64,000 nt of DNA, taken from positions 1,048,109-1,112,108 of the forward strand of contig CAVPBB010000001.1 of NCBI GenBank assembly GCA_963701795.1. Reading direction: 5' to 3'. The position numbers and the translations under genes are program-made. The notes beneath the pieces were generated by a model, which saw only the letters and a program-made list of their open reading frames with translations, was not told the origin of the DNA and ran no database searches. This document shows positions 38,243-48,508 of this stretch, piece by piece; positions within the stretch are counted from its first letter, which is position 1, and each line of letters opens with the position of its first letter. This stretch comes from an uncultured Chloroflexia bacterium (lineage in GTDB: Bacteria; Chloroflexota; Ktedonobacteria; Ktedonobacterales; JADMIN01).

Positions 38243-38780
38243 TCACCCCCGCTCGATCAACGCCACCGCGTAGCAGGCGATGCCTTCCGCACGCCCCGTG
38301 AAGCCCATCCCATCCGTCGTCTTCGACTTCACACTCACGTGGTCAACGGACGCGCCTAGCAATCCAGCGATTGAGGCGCGCATCGTCGCGATATGTGGCG
38401 CGAGGCGCGGATGCTCGGCGACGATCGTGAGATCAACATTGACCACGCGCCAGCCCGCCTGCGCCAGCGCCGCCATTGTCGCCACAACGAACTCAGCGCT
38501 CGACACGCCCCGCCAGCGTTCCTCACTCGACGGGAAGTAGGCGCCCATGTCGCCCAGCGCGGCGGCGCCGAGCAGCGCATCCACCAGCGCATGCAGCGCG
38601 ACATCCGCATCCGAATGGCCAGCCAACCCGTCGCGTATGTGGAATCAGCGCGCCCGCGAGCATCAGCGGGCGACCCGCCTCCGCTGATGCGAACTGATGC
38701 GCGTCGTAGCCCATGCCGATACGAGACTCTCGTTCCACTCCGGGCCTCATTCCTTCAGCGCACGATGTGCGTCGCGCCAA
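38243..38780 (-). pseudogene. ispF: 2-C-methyl-D-erythritol 2,4-cyclodiphosphate synthase IspF, split by a single extra nucleotide near 38627..38633
   Basis: The N-terminal piece 'RIGMGYDAHQF...RPLMLAGALIPHTR' (ORF 38523..38780) continues one base later as 'GLAGHSDADVALHALVDALLGAAALGDMG...GFTGRAEGIACYAVALI' (ORF 38243..38626). Joined, the pieces align collinearly with E. coli IspF as I recall it. Confidence 0.85.
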
Positions 38781-38786
38781 CTCTCA

Positions 38787-41312
38787 CTACGGCAGGCGTA
38801 GATAGGCCGACATGATCGCCTTCGACACGGGCGCCGCAAATGTGTCGCCAGTTCCAGAGTACTCCACCAGCGTCCCCACTGCGATCTGCGGCGTCACCGG
38901 CGGCCCAGAGAGCTTCGATGCGGGCGCATAGCAGGTGAACCAGGCATGCGGCAGCGGCTCGCCAGACTCAGCCGTTCCCGTCTTACCCGCGACCGTAACA
39001 GGGTATCCGACAAAATCCTGCACACTGGTCCCGCCAGGCGTGTTGGTTGGGCCGAGCATCGCCACCTGCACCACCTGCAGATTCGCCGCCGAGAGCGGGG
39101 CCACACCTGCCTGCGTCGGAGCAAACGTACTCGTCGTCAGCCCGTTCGTATCCACCACCTTCGTGACAAGCAGTGGGCGCATCCGCACGCCGTTATTTGC
39201 GATGGTCGCCGTCAACTGCGCGACCTGTGCTGGCGACGCCTCGAAAAATCCCTGGCCAATCCCCAGATTCGCCGCATCGGTCGGGGTCCAGCCTGCATTT
39301 TCGTTCGCCTTTAGCCAGGCGGGGTCTGGCACGATTCCAGGATTATCCTCGCTCGCGGGCAGGCCGATCATGCCCGTGGGCGCGCCAAAGCCAAATGCCT
39401 TCGCCACCGTTGGCAGGATGTTCGGGTCCTGCTGGTTGAGCATCACCGCGCTGGTCCAGAAGACCACATCGCATGATGGCCCGATAGCCTGAGGAGCCGT
39501 CAGATTGCCGTGGCCGGTAGCCTTGTCATCGATGCGCAGGTGATTCTCCCCCGGCACCTGATAGGTTCCCGTGCAGGTGAACACATGGGAGGCGCTGATG
39601 CCATGCTCCAGGTCCGCCGCGAGTGTCACCAGCTTGAAGATCGAGCCAGTGGGGTCAGCAGCCATCGTAGCGCGATTGAGGTATGGGCTGGAGAGCGCAT
39701 TGAAGCGCGCCTGCTCGTTCGCGGTGAAGCCCAGCGAAAAGTCGTTCGGATCGAAGGTCGGATACGACGCCATCGCCAGCACATCGCCGGTCGCCGGAGC
39801 CAGCGCCACCGCGCCGCCACTATGCCCCTGCTGATTGGCCAGGCCGGTCATCGCCGCCTGTTGCGTGGCGAGATCGATGGTCGTCGTGATGTTCTCGCCG
39901 TTCTGCGCGGCGCGCTGAGCGATGGTTGCGATAACGGGGCCATCCGAGCCATCGGCGTTACGCGCTCGCACGTCGAGCCGACCACCCTTGATCGGACGAA
40001 GATACTGCTCACCCCACTGCTCGACCCCTTCGCGGCCAATGATGTCGCCGCTCTGGTAATAGTGACTCGTATCGCTGCTAATCTCGGTGGGGCTGACCTG
40101 GCCAATGTAGCCTGTCACGGGCGCCGTCACCGCGCCAAATGGATAGACTCGCCCGGTCGCCTGCTGTGTCTGTATTCCAGCCACATTGAGCGCCGCGCTC
40201 ACCTGCGCATAGAGCATCGGAGTAATCGTCCGCACAGGCCAGAAGGTATTCGCGTCTTTGCCCTGATACGCCGCGCTGATCTCCGCTGGCGTCAGGTCGA
40301 GATTCGTCACCAACGCTTGCGTCACCGCAGCCTGATTGGTGATCTGCGCGGGGACCACGCCCACGACGTAGACCGTCTCATCGAGCGCCAGCGCCTGCCC
40401 ATCGCTGCTGAAGATGGTCCCACGGTCGGCGCTGAGCGCGGTGAAGCGCGCCAGATGGGTATAGGTCGGGTCGTTCGCATCATCGAGCTGTGGAAAAATC
40501 AGACCAGGACTCCAGTCCACACGCCAGGCGTTGCGCTCCAGCCTGAGCGGAATAGTGATGTCCACCGCGACATCGCCCAGACCCACGCTGCTCATGATGA
40601 TACGCGCGGGGAACGTCACCTGCGTCGCGCTGACCTTTTTCACCGCGCCCAGCGTCGCAGACATGCCATAGACCTGCGCCTCGGCGATGATACCTTGCGT
40701 GCGCCTGACAATGTAGTCCTGTGCGCTCGAATAATCCGCCGGGTTGAGCTGATACTTGGTGGAGGAGTGCAGGATGGCGGGATCGCTGAAGCGTGTCCGG
40801 CTGGCAGCGGAGGTCAACCCATACATCGCGGTATACTTGCCGCCGGTATAGTCGGCGAGATAGCTGTTCGCCACCTGACACGGCGACCCACTGGCGCACC
40901 CAGTGATGTCGTTGACGCCCGCATGCTGGCGAACCACTGGCCCGATGATCTCATAGGCCAAACCCGCGACGATGGCCACAACCAGCGCCGTCGTCAGCGC
41001 ATAGGCCCACAGCGGCGGTCGGCGCCAGCCAGCGGTAGCCGTCGTGGCGCTCGGCTTGTGCGCAATCGCCCGCTGCGGCGGCGCCTTCTTGCTCAGCCGC
41101 GCAATGGCGTCTGGCGGCAGTTCCTGCGTCACGTCATCCAGCCCAGGGTATGGCGGCGGCGCATCGGCGCCCAGCGGCGTCAGCGCGCTCCCCTGGCTCG
41201 GCGTCACGCCAGCAGGCGGCATGACGCGGGTAGGATCATCCTCGCCGCTAACCGCCCAGTCGCCTTCACCCTGGCCTTGCGCGCCCTGTCCATCCTCAGC
41301 CATCGCCGACAT
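38787..41312 (-). CDS. class B penicillin-binding protein (transpeptidase) with cytoplasmic tail, TM anchor and NTF2-like N-terminal domain
   Basis: Transpeptidase motifs 'TGSIFKLVT' (SxxK), 'PSCD' (SxN-like) and 'KTGTAE' (KTG). The alternative ATG at 41303 has better RBS spacing. Confidence 0.9.
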   Translation of the reverse strand: MSAMAEDGQGAQGQGEGDWAVSGEDDPTRVMPPAGVTPSQGSALTPLGADAPPPYPGLDDVTQELPPDAIARLSKKAPPQRAIAHKPSATTATAGWRRPPLWAYALTTALVVAIVAGLAYEIIGPVVRQHAGVNDITGCASGSPCQVANSYLADYTGGKYTAMYGLTSAASRTRFSDPAILHSSTKYQLNPADYSSAQDYIVRRTQGIIAEAQVYGMSATLGAVKKVSATQVTFPARIIMSSVGLGDVAVDITIPLRLERNAWRVDWSPGLIFPQLDDANDPTYTHLARFTALSADRGTIFSSDGQALALDETVYVVGVVPAQITNQAAVTQALVTNLDLTPAEISAAYQGKDANTFWPVRTITPMLYAQVSAALNVAGIQTQQATGRVYPFGAVTAPVTGYIGQVSPTEISSDTSHYYQSGDIIGREGVEQWGEQYLRPIKGGRLDVRARNADGSDGPVIATIAQRAAQNGENITTTIDLATQQAAMTGLANQQGHSGGAVALAPATGDVLAMASYPTFDPNDFSLGFTANEQARFNALSSPYLNRATMAADPTGSIFKLVTLAADLEHGISASHVFTCTGTYQVPGENHLRIDDKATGHGNLTAPQAIGPSCDVVFWTSAVMLNQQDPNILPTVAKAFGFGAPTGMIGLPASEDNPGIVPDPAWLKANENAGWTPTDAANLGIGQGFFEASPAQVAQLTATIANNGVRMRPLLVTKVVDTNGLTTSTFAPTQAGVAPLSAANLQVVQVAMLGPTNTPGGTSVQDFVGYPVTVAGKTGTAESGEPLPHAWFTCYAPASKLSGPPVTPQIAVGTLVEYSGTGDTFAAPVSKAIMSAYLRLP

Positions 41313-41556
41313 CCTCTCTCAGCCTGCTACGCCATCACCAGCCCTATTGTACACACCTGGTACAGAGCCCGCGTCTGTGACGCGCATGACATCTTGACTG
41401 CGGCATAATTCGTTTGAGATACAGGGGCATTCTGGGTGAGGCGTGGGCAGGCGTGGCGCCTGAGATGACACAATACACGGGCGTGTCGTAGAAACGCGGC
41501 CAGCGCCGCCAGCGCAATTCACATCGCACGCCGTAGTACAAGCGCCTGGACTGGAG

Positions 41557-43775
41557 ATGTCAGAAACGATGAGCGCCATCGAGGCAGAACGCCACAGCAT
41601 GCGAATAGGCGACGCCTCATGGCGCGACCGCGCACGGCTCGCGGCCCTGGCGCGGCGTCATGCGCTGCCTGCGGGCCTCGCCATCGTCGTCGGCGCGCTG
41701 CTACGCCTGCTGTGGCTGGGTGATACCTCGTTCCTCGGCGACCAGGCGCAACTGCTGGCGCTCGGCCACTCCGCCGCCGACCACCGCGCGCTCATCATCA
41801 CCGGCATCCCCAGCTCCATAGGCACGCTCAATCTGCCCGTCTCCACCTGGCTCTATGCGTCATTCGCGCTCATCGGCGGTCCACTTGGCGCAACGATCTT
41901 TACCGCGCTGGCCAATATCATCGCCATCGCGCTACTCTATGCCATCGCCGCACGCTACCTGGGGCGGCTCGCGGCCTTCGCGGCGGCGCTGCTCTATGCG
42001 ACAGCCAGCGGCCCTGTCCACTACTCCCGCTTCATCTGGCAACAGAATCTGCTGGCGCCCGTCCTCCTGCTGCTTCTTCTGGGTCATCTTGCTGGCCATT
42101 ATCGAGCGGCGACCTGGCTGGCTCGGATGGAGTGTCTTGTTCTGGGGCGCCGCGACCGAGCTTCACCCGACAGCGGCGCCCCTGCTCGGACTGATCGCCG
42201 TGGCGCTGGCGTTCACCTGGCGCGATCTGCGGCGGCGCGACCTCGCATGGGCGGCGGCGGCGCTCATCGCGCTCTTCGGCCCCACAGCGCTCTGGGAGGC
42301 GCTGAGCCACGGCGCCGATCTGCTGGGGGCGCAGCGCCTCGGTCAGGGCCGCGCAGTCTTCGACACCTGGTCGCTCCACTACCTCCTCCAACTCCTCCAA
42401 CCAGCGCCCGCAGACTGGTATGGCGCGGCGTCTTCATATGTCGCGACGGGCCGGGCAATCGCGTGGCTCGGCGCAGTCATCACAGCGCTGCTCATCGCGG
42501 CGCAACTCTGGCTGGTCGGCGTCATCGCCACGCCGTGGATGAACAGGCGCGCCGCGATGCTATCCGCCCGCAGCGCGCTGGCCGATGCGCGCTGGCGATT
42601 TGCGCTCTGTCTCGCGCTGTGGGAGGCGCTGCCACTTGCCTTCTTGTTGCGCCACAGTCGCCCAATCGCGCCGCACTATCTGCTCGTGCTCTTGCCTGCG
42701 GTGTATCTCAGCGTCGGCGGCGCATTCGCATGGGCGTCTGGATGGTTACAGCGCGCATTGACTCGACCGCTCAGTCGCCGCATGCCGCGCGCGATCCAAG
42801 CGCAGAACCTGGCGATCAGCATGCTCGTCGTGATCATCGTCGCCATCAGCGGCGCGCAGACAGTTCGGCGTCGCCAGCGAACTCACGACCCTTCACTCTG
42901 GCGCGTTCGATGGGCTGGCGCTGCCGCTCCACTATGGCACGCCGCTGTCCAGCGAGCGCGCTGCGCTGGCCGCCATGCAGTCCGCCGCGCGACGACTGCA
43001 CGCGACGGCCGCTATCGCCGCGACACGTGTCCAACAGGAGCCACTGGGCTACCTCAGCGCGACCAACAGCAACAACACCGTCGCCGCCGACTACATCAGC
43101 GATGGCTGCCTCGCCATTCCTGCCGCCAGCGCAGCGCAGCCGCTCGTTACTCTCGCCGTGCCAGATACCACCGCCGCACAGCTCTTGCCACGCATCCAGG
43201 GCGCGCGCGCGCTCCGCTCTATCGCCGTGCAGGGCGGACAGCCCTACCTGCTCTATGCGATCTCGCCAGGGAGCGTCATCTCCGGCGAGCAGCCCATCGC
43301 CGCATCAGCCGCACATGGGCAACCGCAGCCGGTTGGATTCGCCTATACACCAGCGGCCCAGTCAGGCGCGGCGCTCACCATCCGCTGGAGTGGCGCGCCA
43401 GACCTCCAGCGCGCGAACGCATCCAGCGCGGTGAGCTATTGGTATGGCGCTATTCCTGGTGGCGCGCCTATCGCCGATTACACGTTCACGGCGCAGGCGC
43501 TCGACGCCCAGAGCCAGCCCGTTGGCGCGCCGATCACCACTGTCTGCTCGCGGCTGGCGTGGTCGCCGCAGATGGGTCTCATCACCACGACACGCCTGCC
43601 CACTGCGCTAGCAACAGGCGGACAGGTCGCCGCATGGCGCGTCTCCGCGCAGATCGCGCCAGCAGTGGCGACGCGCCCCACACTGGGGCCACTCGCGCTC
43701 GAAACCGGCGCCATCACCTTTGGCCCGTCGCGCCCGCTCACCCGGCCTATCACCTTCGCAGCGCCGCTGCCCTGA
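41557..43775 (+). pseudogene. GT-C fold membrane glycosyltransferase (PMT/ArnT GT39-like) with a C-terminal extracytoplasmic domain, spread over three frames (breaks near 42061..42084 and 42857..42866)
   Basis: Natural hydrophobic sequence runs in ORF 41557.. up to 'NLLAPVLLLLLL'. It continues in ORF 41855.. from 'FFWVILLAIIERRPGWLGW' to 'VIIVAISGAQT'. It continues again in the frame of ORF 42975.. from 'QFGVASELTTLHSGAFDG' to the stop at 43775. Outside these segments each frame is Arg/Ser/Pro-rich junk. Confidence 0.75.
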
Positions 43776-43829
43776 GCCTGTGTTACTGGCGCATAGCCAG
43801 AGCGTCTCGAAAGTAGCTACGGGAGCCGC

Positions 43830-45161
43830 GTGGCCGAGCCTGTTACATCAGCGAGGAGAAGCAGCCATCATGCGCTCGCAGACCCGAAGGCGCTCACGCA
43901 TACGCCGAATCCGCTGACGCTCGGACATCATCTCGCGCGCCTGCTGCCAGCGCCAATTCATCTGAGCCACGCGCAACGCGCGCTGCCCTGGCGCGCGCTG
44001 ATCTTTCAGGCGGCAGGCGTCTGGCTGGCGACCCGGCTGGCGTATCTCACGCTGACAGGCTTCTTCCCGCTGGTCAGCAGCGGCGCCACGACCGCGAACG
44101 CCATTTCCACAACGCCAGTCTCCGTCGCCGCGCTCATCCGCCGCTGGGCGCAGTGGGATGGCGGCGCATTCGTCTCCATCGCGCAGCATGGCTATACAAC
44201 GGCGCAGCTCACCGCCTACTTTCCGCTCTACCCCGGCGCCATACGGCTCACGGCGCTGCTCATCGGCCCACATTGGGCCACCGCCGCCCTGCTCGTATCA
44301 AATCTCGGCGCGCTCCTCGCATTCATCGGCGTCGCGCTGCTTGCGGCTCAGGTAGCGCCAGAGGGCGAAGGGCGTCAGGTCGCCAGAGTCGCGGTGCTGC
44401 TCTTCGCCGCGTATCCGCTCGCATTTTTTCTCTTTGCCGCATACTCAGATGGACTTTTCGCGGGCCTGATAGTCTTCGCGCTGCTCTTCAGCTTGCGGCG
44501 ACGCTGGGGCTGGGCCGCCTGCTTCGGCCTGCTCGCGGGGCTATGCCGACCAACCGCCCCGGCGCTGCTGGCGCCGCTGCTCTGGGAGGCGTTCCAGGCC
44601 TATCGTGAGGCGCGCGGCGCCTCGACGCCGCGACAGGCTTTGCGTGCAGCAGCGCCTGCGCTGGCCGCCATTGCGGCGCCGCTGATCGGCATTGGGACGT
44701 ATGGCGCGTATCTCTGGCTACGCTTCGGTGATCCGCTCACGTTCGTCACGGCGGAGCGTTCCTGGGCGCACTTCTCTCTGGCGCCGCTGCTCTCCATTCC
44801 GGTCGCCATCCTCGCCTTCGCGCATATCCCGCTCGGCTCGCCACTGCAAGCGCGCGTGCTGCTCGATCTTGCGCCCGTGCTCGGCGGCGTCATCCTTACG
44901 CTGGCCGCGGCGCGGCGCGCGCCAGTCGCATTCACACTCTACATGCTCTCGCTGCTCGTACTGCTCACCTCGGAGCCGCTCAACTACCTCGATCTCTTCG
45001 TCTCCGGTGGACGCTACATGCTGGCGGCAGTTCCGCTGTTCATCATCGTTGCGGGGTGGCTCAAGCGCTCCGAATGGATATTGCCCGCCCTCTGCTGGAG
45101 CGGCGCGCTCCTTCAGGCGATGCTTGCCATCTTCTTCCTCGCCCACGGGTGGATCGTCTGA
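43830..45161 (+). CDS. PIG-V-like (Mannosyl_trans2) GT-C membrane mannosyltransferase family protein
   Basis: 'RRWAQWDGGAFVSIAQHGYTTAQLTAYFPLYPG' signature and about 9 TM segments. The start codon is uncertain. Confidence 0.7.
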   Translation: MAEPVTSARRSSHHALADPKALTHTPNPLTLGHHLARLLPAPIHLSHAQRALPWRALIFQAAGVWLATRLAYLTLTGFFPLVSSGATTANAISTTPVSVAALIRRWAQWDGGAFVSIAQHGYTTAQLTAYFPLYPGAIRLTALLIGPHWATAALLVSNLGALLAFIGVALLAAQVAPEGEGRQVARVAVLLFAAYPLAFFLFAAYSDGLFAGLIVFALLFSLRRRWGWAACFGLLAGLCRPTAPALLAPLLWEAFQAYREARGASTPRQALRAAAPALAAIAAPLIGIGTYGAYLWLRFGDPLTFVTAERSWAHFSLAPLLSIPVAILAFAHIPLGSPLQARVLLDLAPVLGGVILTLAAARRAPVAFTLYMLSLLVLLTSEPLNYLDLFVSGGRYMLAAVPLFIIVAGWLKRSEWILPALCWSGALLQAMLAIFFLAHGWIV

Positions 45162-45238
45162 CACAGCAAGGGCAGGCGCCCGACTGAGCCTGTTCCCAGC
45201 CTTGCGCCTGCTCTGAACCGACTTGCCGAAGGCGTCGG

Positions 45239-45628
45239 CTATTTCTTCGAGAACTGCCCACGTATCAACGTATAGAAGACACCCACGATGATAGCGCCCA
45301 CGAGTGACGCGACGATCATGACGCCCTCCAGCGAGAAATCGAAGGGTATCTTGGCAAACGTCTCGGCGAGGTAGGCGCCGATGACCGTCAGGATGACACC
45401 TGTTACCAGACCACCCGGTTTTTTGCTCGTCAGCCGCTCGACCACGAAGGTGATCACAACGGCAAGAGCAATCAGGATGATGAGCTGTATCAGGTTGATA
45501 TAGTATCCAGTGGTGGGCCAGTCGAACACCTGAATCCGCACATCGGTCTGATGGAAAATCGTGTTCAAGATGCCGGTTTGCGGAATCGGGTTGAACGAGG
45601 GGACAGCGGCCAAAATGTTAGTGGTCAT
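45239..45628 (-). CDS. GlsB/YeaQ/YmgE (transglycosylase-associated) family membrane protein with N-terminal extension
   Basis: 'GGLVTGVILTVIGAYLAETF' and 'VASLVGAIIVGVFY' Gly-zipper TM segments. Start trimmed to the ATG at 45628. Local GC is clearly lower (about 48-50% in the segments counted). Confidence 0.65.
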   Translation of the reverse strand: MTTNILAAVPSFNPIPQTGILNTIFHQTDVRIQVFDWPTTGYYINLIQLIILIALAVVITFVVERLTSKKPGGLVTGVILTVIGAYLAETFAKIPFDFSLEGVMIVASLVGAIIVGVFYTLIRGQFSKK

Positions 45629-45859
45629 GTGCTGCAAGGTCTCCTTTTTCTTCCCCGGAGGGCTGAATGTACGCGCAAACGTCGCAGTTGACGTCGCGCT
45701 CGCCTGCTCTGCGAGCAAGCGGAAGGCCAGATTGCAACCCAGCATATCACGGAAAGGCAATCGAAGGGATATTCGCATGTCTGCGGCATCTGGCGCTAAG
45801 ATAGAAGCGCGCCCCACGGCGCCAAATGCAACCTGATGTCAATGAGGGAGGCGACTGAT

Positions 45860-46813
45860 ATGGAGTATCGGCGACTTGGCGCGTCTGGCCTGCAAGTGTC
45901 GGTGGTGGGTCTGGGCGGCAATACCTTTGGCCGCCACGCCGATGAGCGCCAGACAGCGCAGATCATTAGCACGGCGCTCGACGGCGGCGTCAATTTCTTC
46001 GACACAGCCAATGTCTACGGCGCGGGCGTCTCCGAAACGTACCTTGGCAAAGCGCTGCATGGGCAGCGTGACCGAGCGCTGATCGCCACAAAAGTGGGCA
46101 TGCGAATGGGCGCAGGCCCGAATGAATCTGGCTCGTCGCGCAAACACATCATGGCAAGCGTGCAGGCCAGCCTGCGTCGGCTCGACACCGACTACATCGA
46201 CCTCCTCCAGATTCACACCTTCGATCCTGATACCCCGCTTGAGGAGACGCTCAGCGCGCTCAACGACCTCGTGCATGCGGGCGCCGTCCGCTACATCGGC
46301 TGCTCAAACTACGACGCCAGGCGTCTGATAAAGGCGCTGTGGATCAGTGACAAGTATGGCTGGGAGTCGTTTGTCTCGACACAGCCAGAGTACAACCTGC
46401 TCACGCGCGAGATCGAGCGCGACCTCATCCCCGCCTGTGTGGAGTTAGGTGTCGGCGTCATCCCCTACTATCCGCTGGCGGCGGGCGTGCTGACGGGCAA
46501 ATATCAACCCGGACAGCCTGCGCCAGAGAATACGCGCGGCCACAACAATCCCGGTTTCGCCACGCGCCTGACCCCCGATGCGCTGGATACGGCGCAGCGA
46601 CTCGACGCCTGGGCGCGTGAGCGCGGCCACACCGTCGCCGAACTGGCGCTGGCGTGGCTGATCGCTCAGCCAGCCGTCGCCACGGTCATCGCTGGCGCGC
46701 GCGCGCCAGAGCAGATTCGCGCCAACGCGCTGGCAGGCGAATGGAAGCTCACTGCGGATGATCTCCAGGAGATTGACCGCCTGCTGGCAACGCAGCCCAC
46801 GCGCGCCAACTGA
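45860..46813 (+). CDS. aldo/keto reductase
   Basis: 'MEYRRLGASGLQVSVVGLGGNTFG', 'DTANVYG', 'YIDLLQIH', 'RYIGCSNY'. GAGGGAGG RBS. Confidence 0.9.
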   Translation: MEYRRLGASGLQVSVVGLGGNTFGRHADERQTAQIISTALDGGVNFFDTANVYGAGVSETYLGKALHGQRDRALIATKVGMRMGAGPNESGSSRKHIMASVQASLRRLDTDYIDLLQIHTFDPDTPLEETLSALNDLVHAGAVRYIGCSNYDARRLIKALWISDKYGWESFVSTQPEYNLLTREIERDLIPACVELGVGVIPYYPLAAGVLTGKYQPGQPAPENTRGHNNPGFATRLTPDALDTAQRLDAWARERGHTVAELALAWLIAQPAVATVIAGARAPEQIRANALAGEWKLTADDLQEIDRLLATQPTRAN

Positions 46814-47079
46814 GGGCGTGACGCGGAACCGGAGCGTGTGTCACATTCAACCGGCTGGGCGTCGCCAGAGAGGTCGCGCCCAGTGGTGTATCCTGCTCGC
46901 AGTTCCCGCCGGGCTGTTGAATCGTATAGTGTAGCGATGGATACACGCATGCCCGCGCTTCTCACACACGCTGGAGAGAAGGGCTGGGCTGTTTCGCTTA
47001 GCAACGCTAGCCCAGAGCAGAGACTCGGCGGATATGCGCGATTCTGGCGGCGATCATCAGTTTGGGAGATCACATCGTC

Positions 47080-47793
47080 ATGACGGCACCTGGCAAGTCC
47101 GTAGCGCAGTCCCCTGAAATCTCAGTTATCATCCCGGTGTACAACGAGATCAAGACGATTCTCGAAGTCGTGCGGCGCGTTCAGGCCCAGCCGTTTCAGA
47201 CGGAGATCATCATCATCGATGACTTTTCGGGCGATGGCTCCCGCGAACTCTTGCAGCAGACCGCGTTCACCGGGCAAATGACGGTTCTCTACCACGACAA
47301 AAACAGAGGGAAGGGCGCAGCCATCCGCACTGGCCTGCAAGCGGTCACAAAGGACATCATCATCATCCAGGATGCCGACCTGGAATATAACCCCGACGAC
47401 TTTTCCGCCGTCTTGCGTCCCATCCTGGATGGCGTAGCCGATGTCGTCTATGGCTCTCGCTTCCTGGGTACCCATCGCTCCTTCATGTTGCACCACTACC
47501 TGGGAAACCGCTTCCTCTCTGTCGTGACGAACGTGCTCTACAACAACATGCTCACCGATATGGAAACAGGCTACAAGGCGTTCCGCGCATCCGTTATCAA
47601 ACCCCTGCGCATCCGCAGCAATCGCTTCGATTTCGAGCCAGAGATCACCGCCAAGGTCCTCAAGCAGGGCTGCCGCATCTATGAAGTACCGATCTATTAC
47701 GCTGGCCGCGACTATGCCGAGGGCAAGAAGATTACCTGGCGCGATGGCTTCGCCGCACTCTGGGCGCTAGCGCGTTTTCGCTTCTTCAACTGA
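47080..47793 (+). CDS. family 2 glycosyltransferase, polyprenol-phosphate mannose/glucose synthase-like
   Basis: 'ISVIIPVYNEIKTILEVVRRV...IIIIDDFSGDGSRELL', 'IIQDADLEYNP', 'VYGSRF'. There is no C-terminal TM region. Confidence 0.85.
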   Translation: MTAPGKSVAQSPEISVIIPVYNEIKTILEVVRRVQAQPFQTEIIIIDDFSGDGSRELLQQTAFTGQMTVLYHDKNRGKGAAIRTGLQAVTKDIIIIQDADLEYNPDDFSAVLRPILDGVADVVYGSRFLGTHRSFMLHHYLGNRFLSVVTNVLYNNMLTDMETGYKAFRASVIKPLRIRSNRFDFEPEITAKVLKQGCRIYEVPIYYAGRDYAEGKKITWRDGFAALWALARFRFFN

Positions 47794-47968
47794 CACGCTA
47801 ACGCGCTCGGTCACATCTCACCACCAGCCCATCAGCCTTCCAGCAGCGCCATGAGCTGACCACACCTTCCCATCGTAGCGGCGCGCAGGTCGCATAGACC
47901 GCGCCAGACGCCTGTGTGCGATAGTGACAGCGAATGGTTGCACCCTGCTCAGCCCGGAGGCTAATCGC

Positions 47969-48403
47969 ATGCCCTTTGCCCTGCCTGATCCCTCAACGCC
48001 GTTCGGCGCGCGTGTCGTCGAGCGCCTGCGCGATGAGCGCATCATCTGGATCGTGACGACCAACGCCCAGGGCGTGCCACAGCCCAATCCCGTCTGGTTT
48101 CTCTGGGATGGCGCCAGCTTTGTGATCTACAGCCTGCCCGACGCCGCTCGTGTCGCGCACATCAGACGCAATCCGCAGGTCGCGCTACACTTCAATAGTG
48201 ACCGTGGCGGCGACGACATCACGATATTCACTGGCGTGGCGAGCGAGGCGACCGACATCCCGCCCGCCGACCAGAACCCTGCTTATCTCGCGCGCTATCG
48301 CGACCGCATCGACCAGAACTTCGGCGGCCCCGCAAGCTTCGCCAGTCGCTATTCGCTCGCGCTGCGTGTCTCACCAGAGAAGGCGCGCGGATTTCTGAGC
48401 TGA
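47969..48403 (+). CDS. pyridoxamine 5'-phosphate oxidase family protein (probably F420-dependent PPOX class)
   Basis: 'IIWIVTTNAQGVPQPNPVWFLWDGASFVIYSLPDAARVAHIRRNPQVALHF'. CGGAGG RBS. Confidence 0.75.
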   Translation: MPFALPDPSTPFGARVVERLRDERIIWIVTTNAQGVPQPNPVWFLWDGASFVIYSLPDAARVAHIRRNPQVALHFNSDRGGDDITIFTGVASEATDIPPADQNPAYLARYRDRIDQNFGGPASFASRYSLALRVSPEKARGFLS

Positions 48404-48428
48404 TGCGTCACGGCGCCTGGTATGCCGC

Positions 48429-48458
48429 TTGACTGGCCGCCAGCGCAACCTCTATACT
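48429..48458 (+). promoter_or_regulatory. sigma-70-like promoter TTGACT-18-TATACT upstream of leuB
   Basis: Read directly, about 50 nt upstream of the leuB ATG, which has an AAGGAG RBS. Confidence 0.5.
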
Positions 48459-48508
48459 CAGCGAGCATGCGCTGCGATGCGCAGAGAAGTCCAGAGAAGG
48501 AGTGAACC

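Noticed and set aside
39510-41408. 632-aa plus-strand ORF. Similar long shadow ORFs are 12227..14176, 34717..35949, 25998..27086, 29300..30496, 22118..23098, 60648..61517, 61526..62524, 16182..17180 and 1975..2682.
   Set aside because: All lie antisense to genes with clear family motifs. They are Arg/Ala/Pro/Gly-rich with no motifs, which is typical of stop-codon-poor shadow frames in high-GC DNA.
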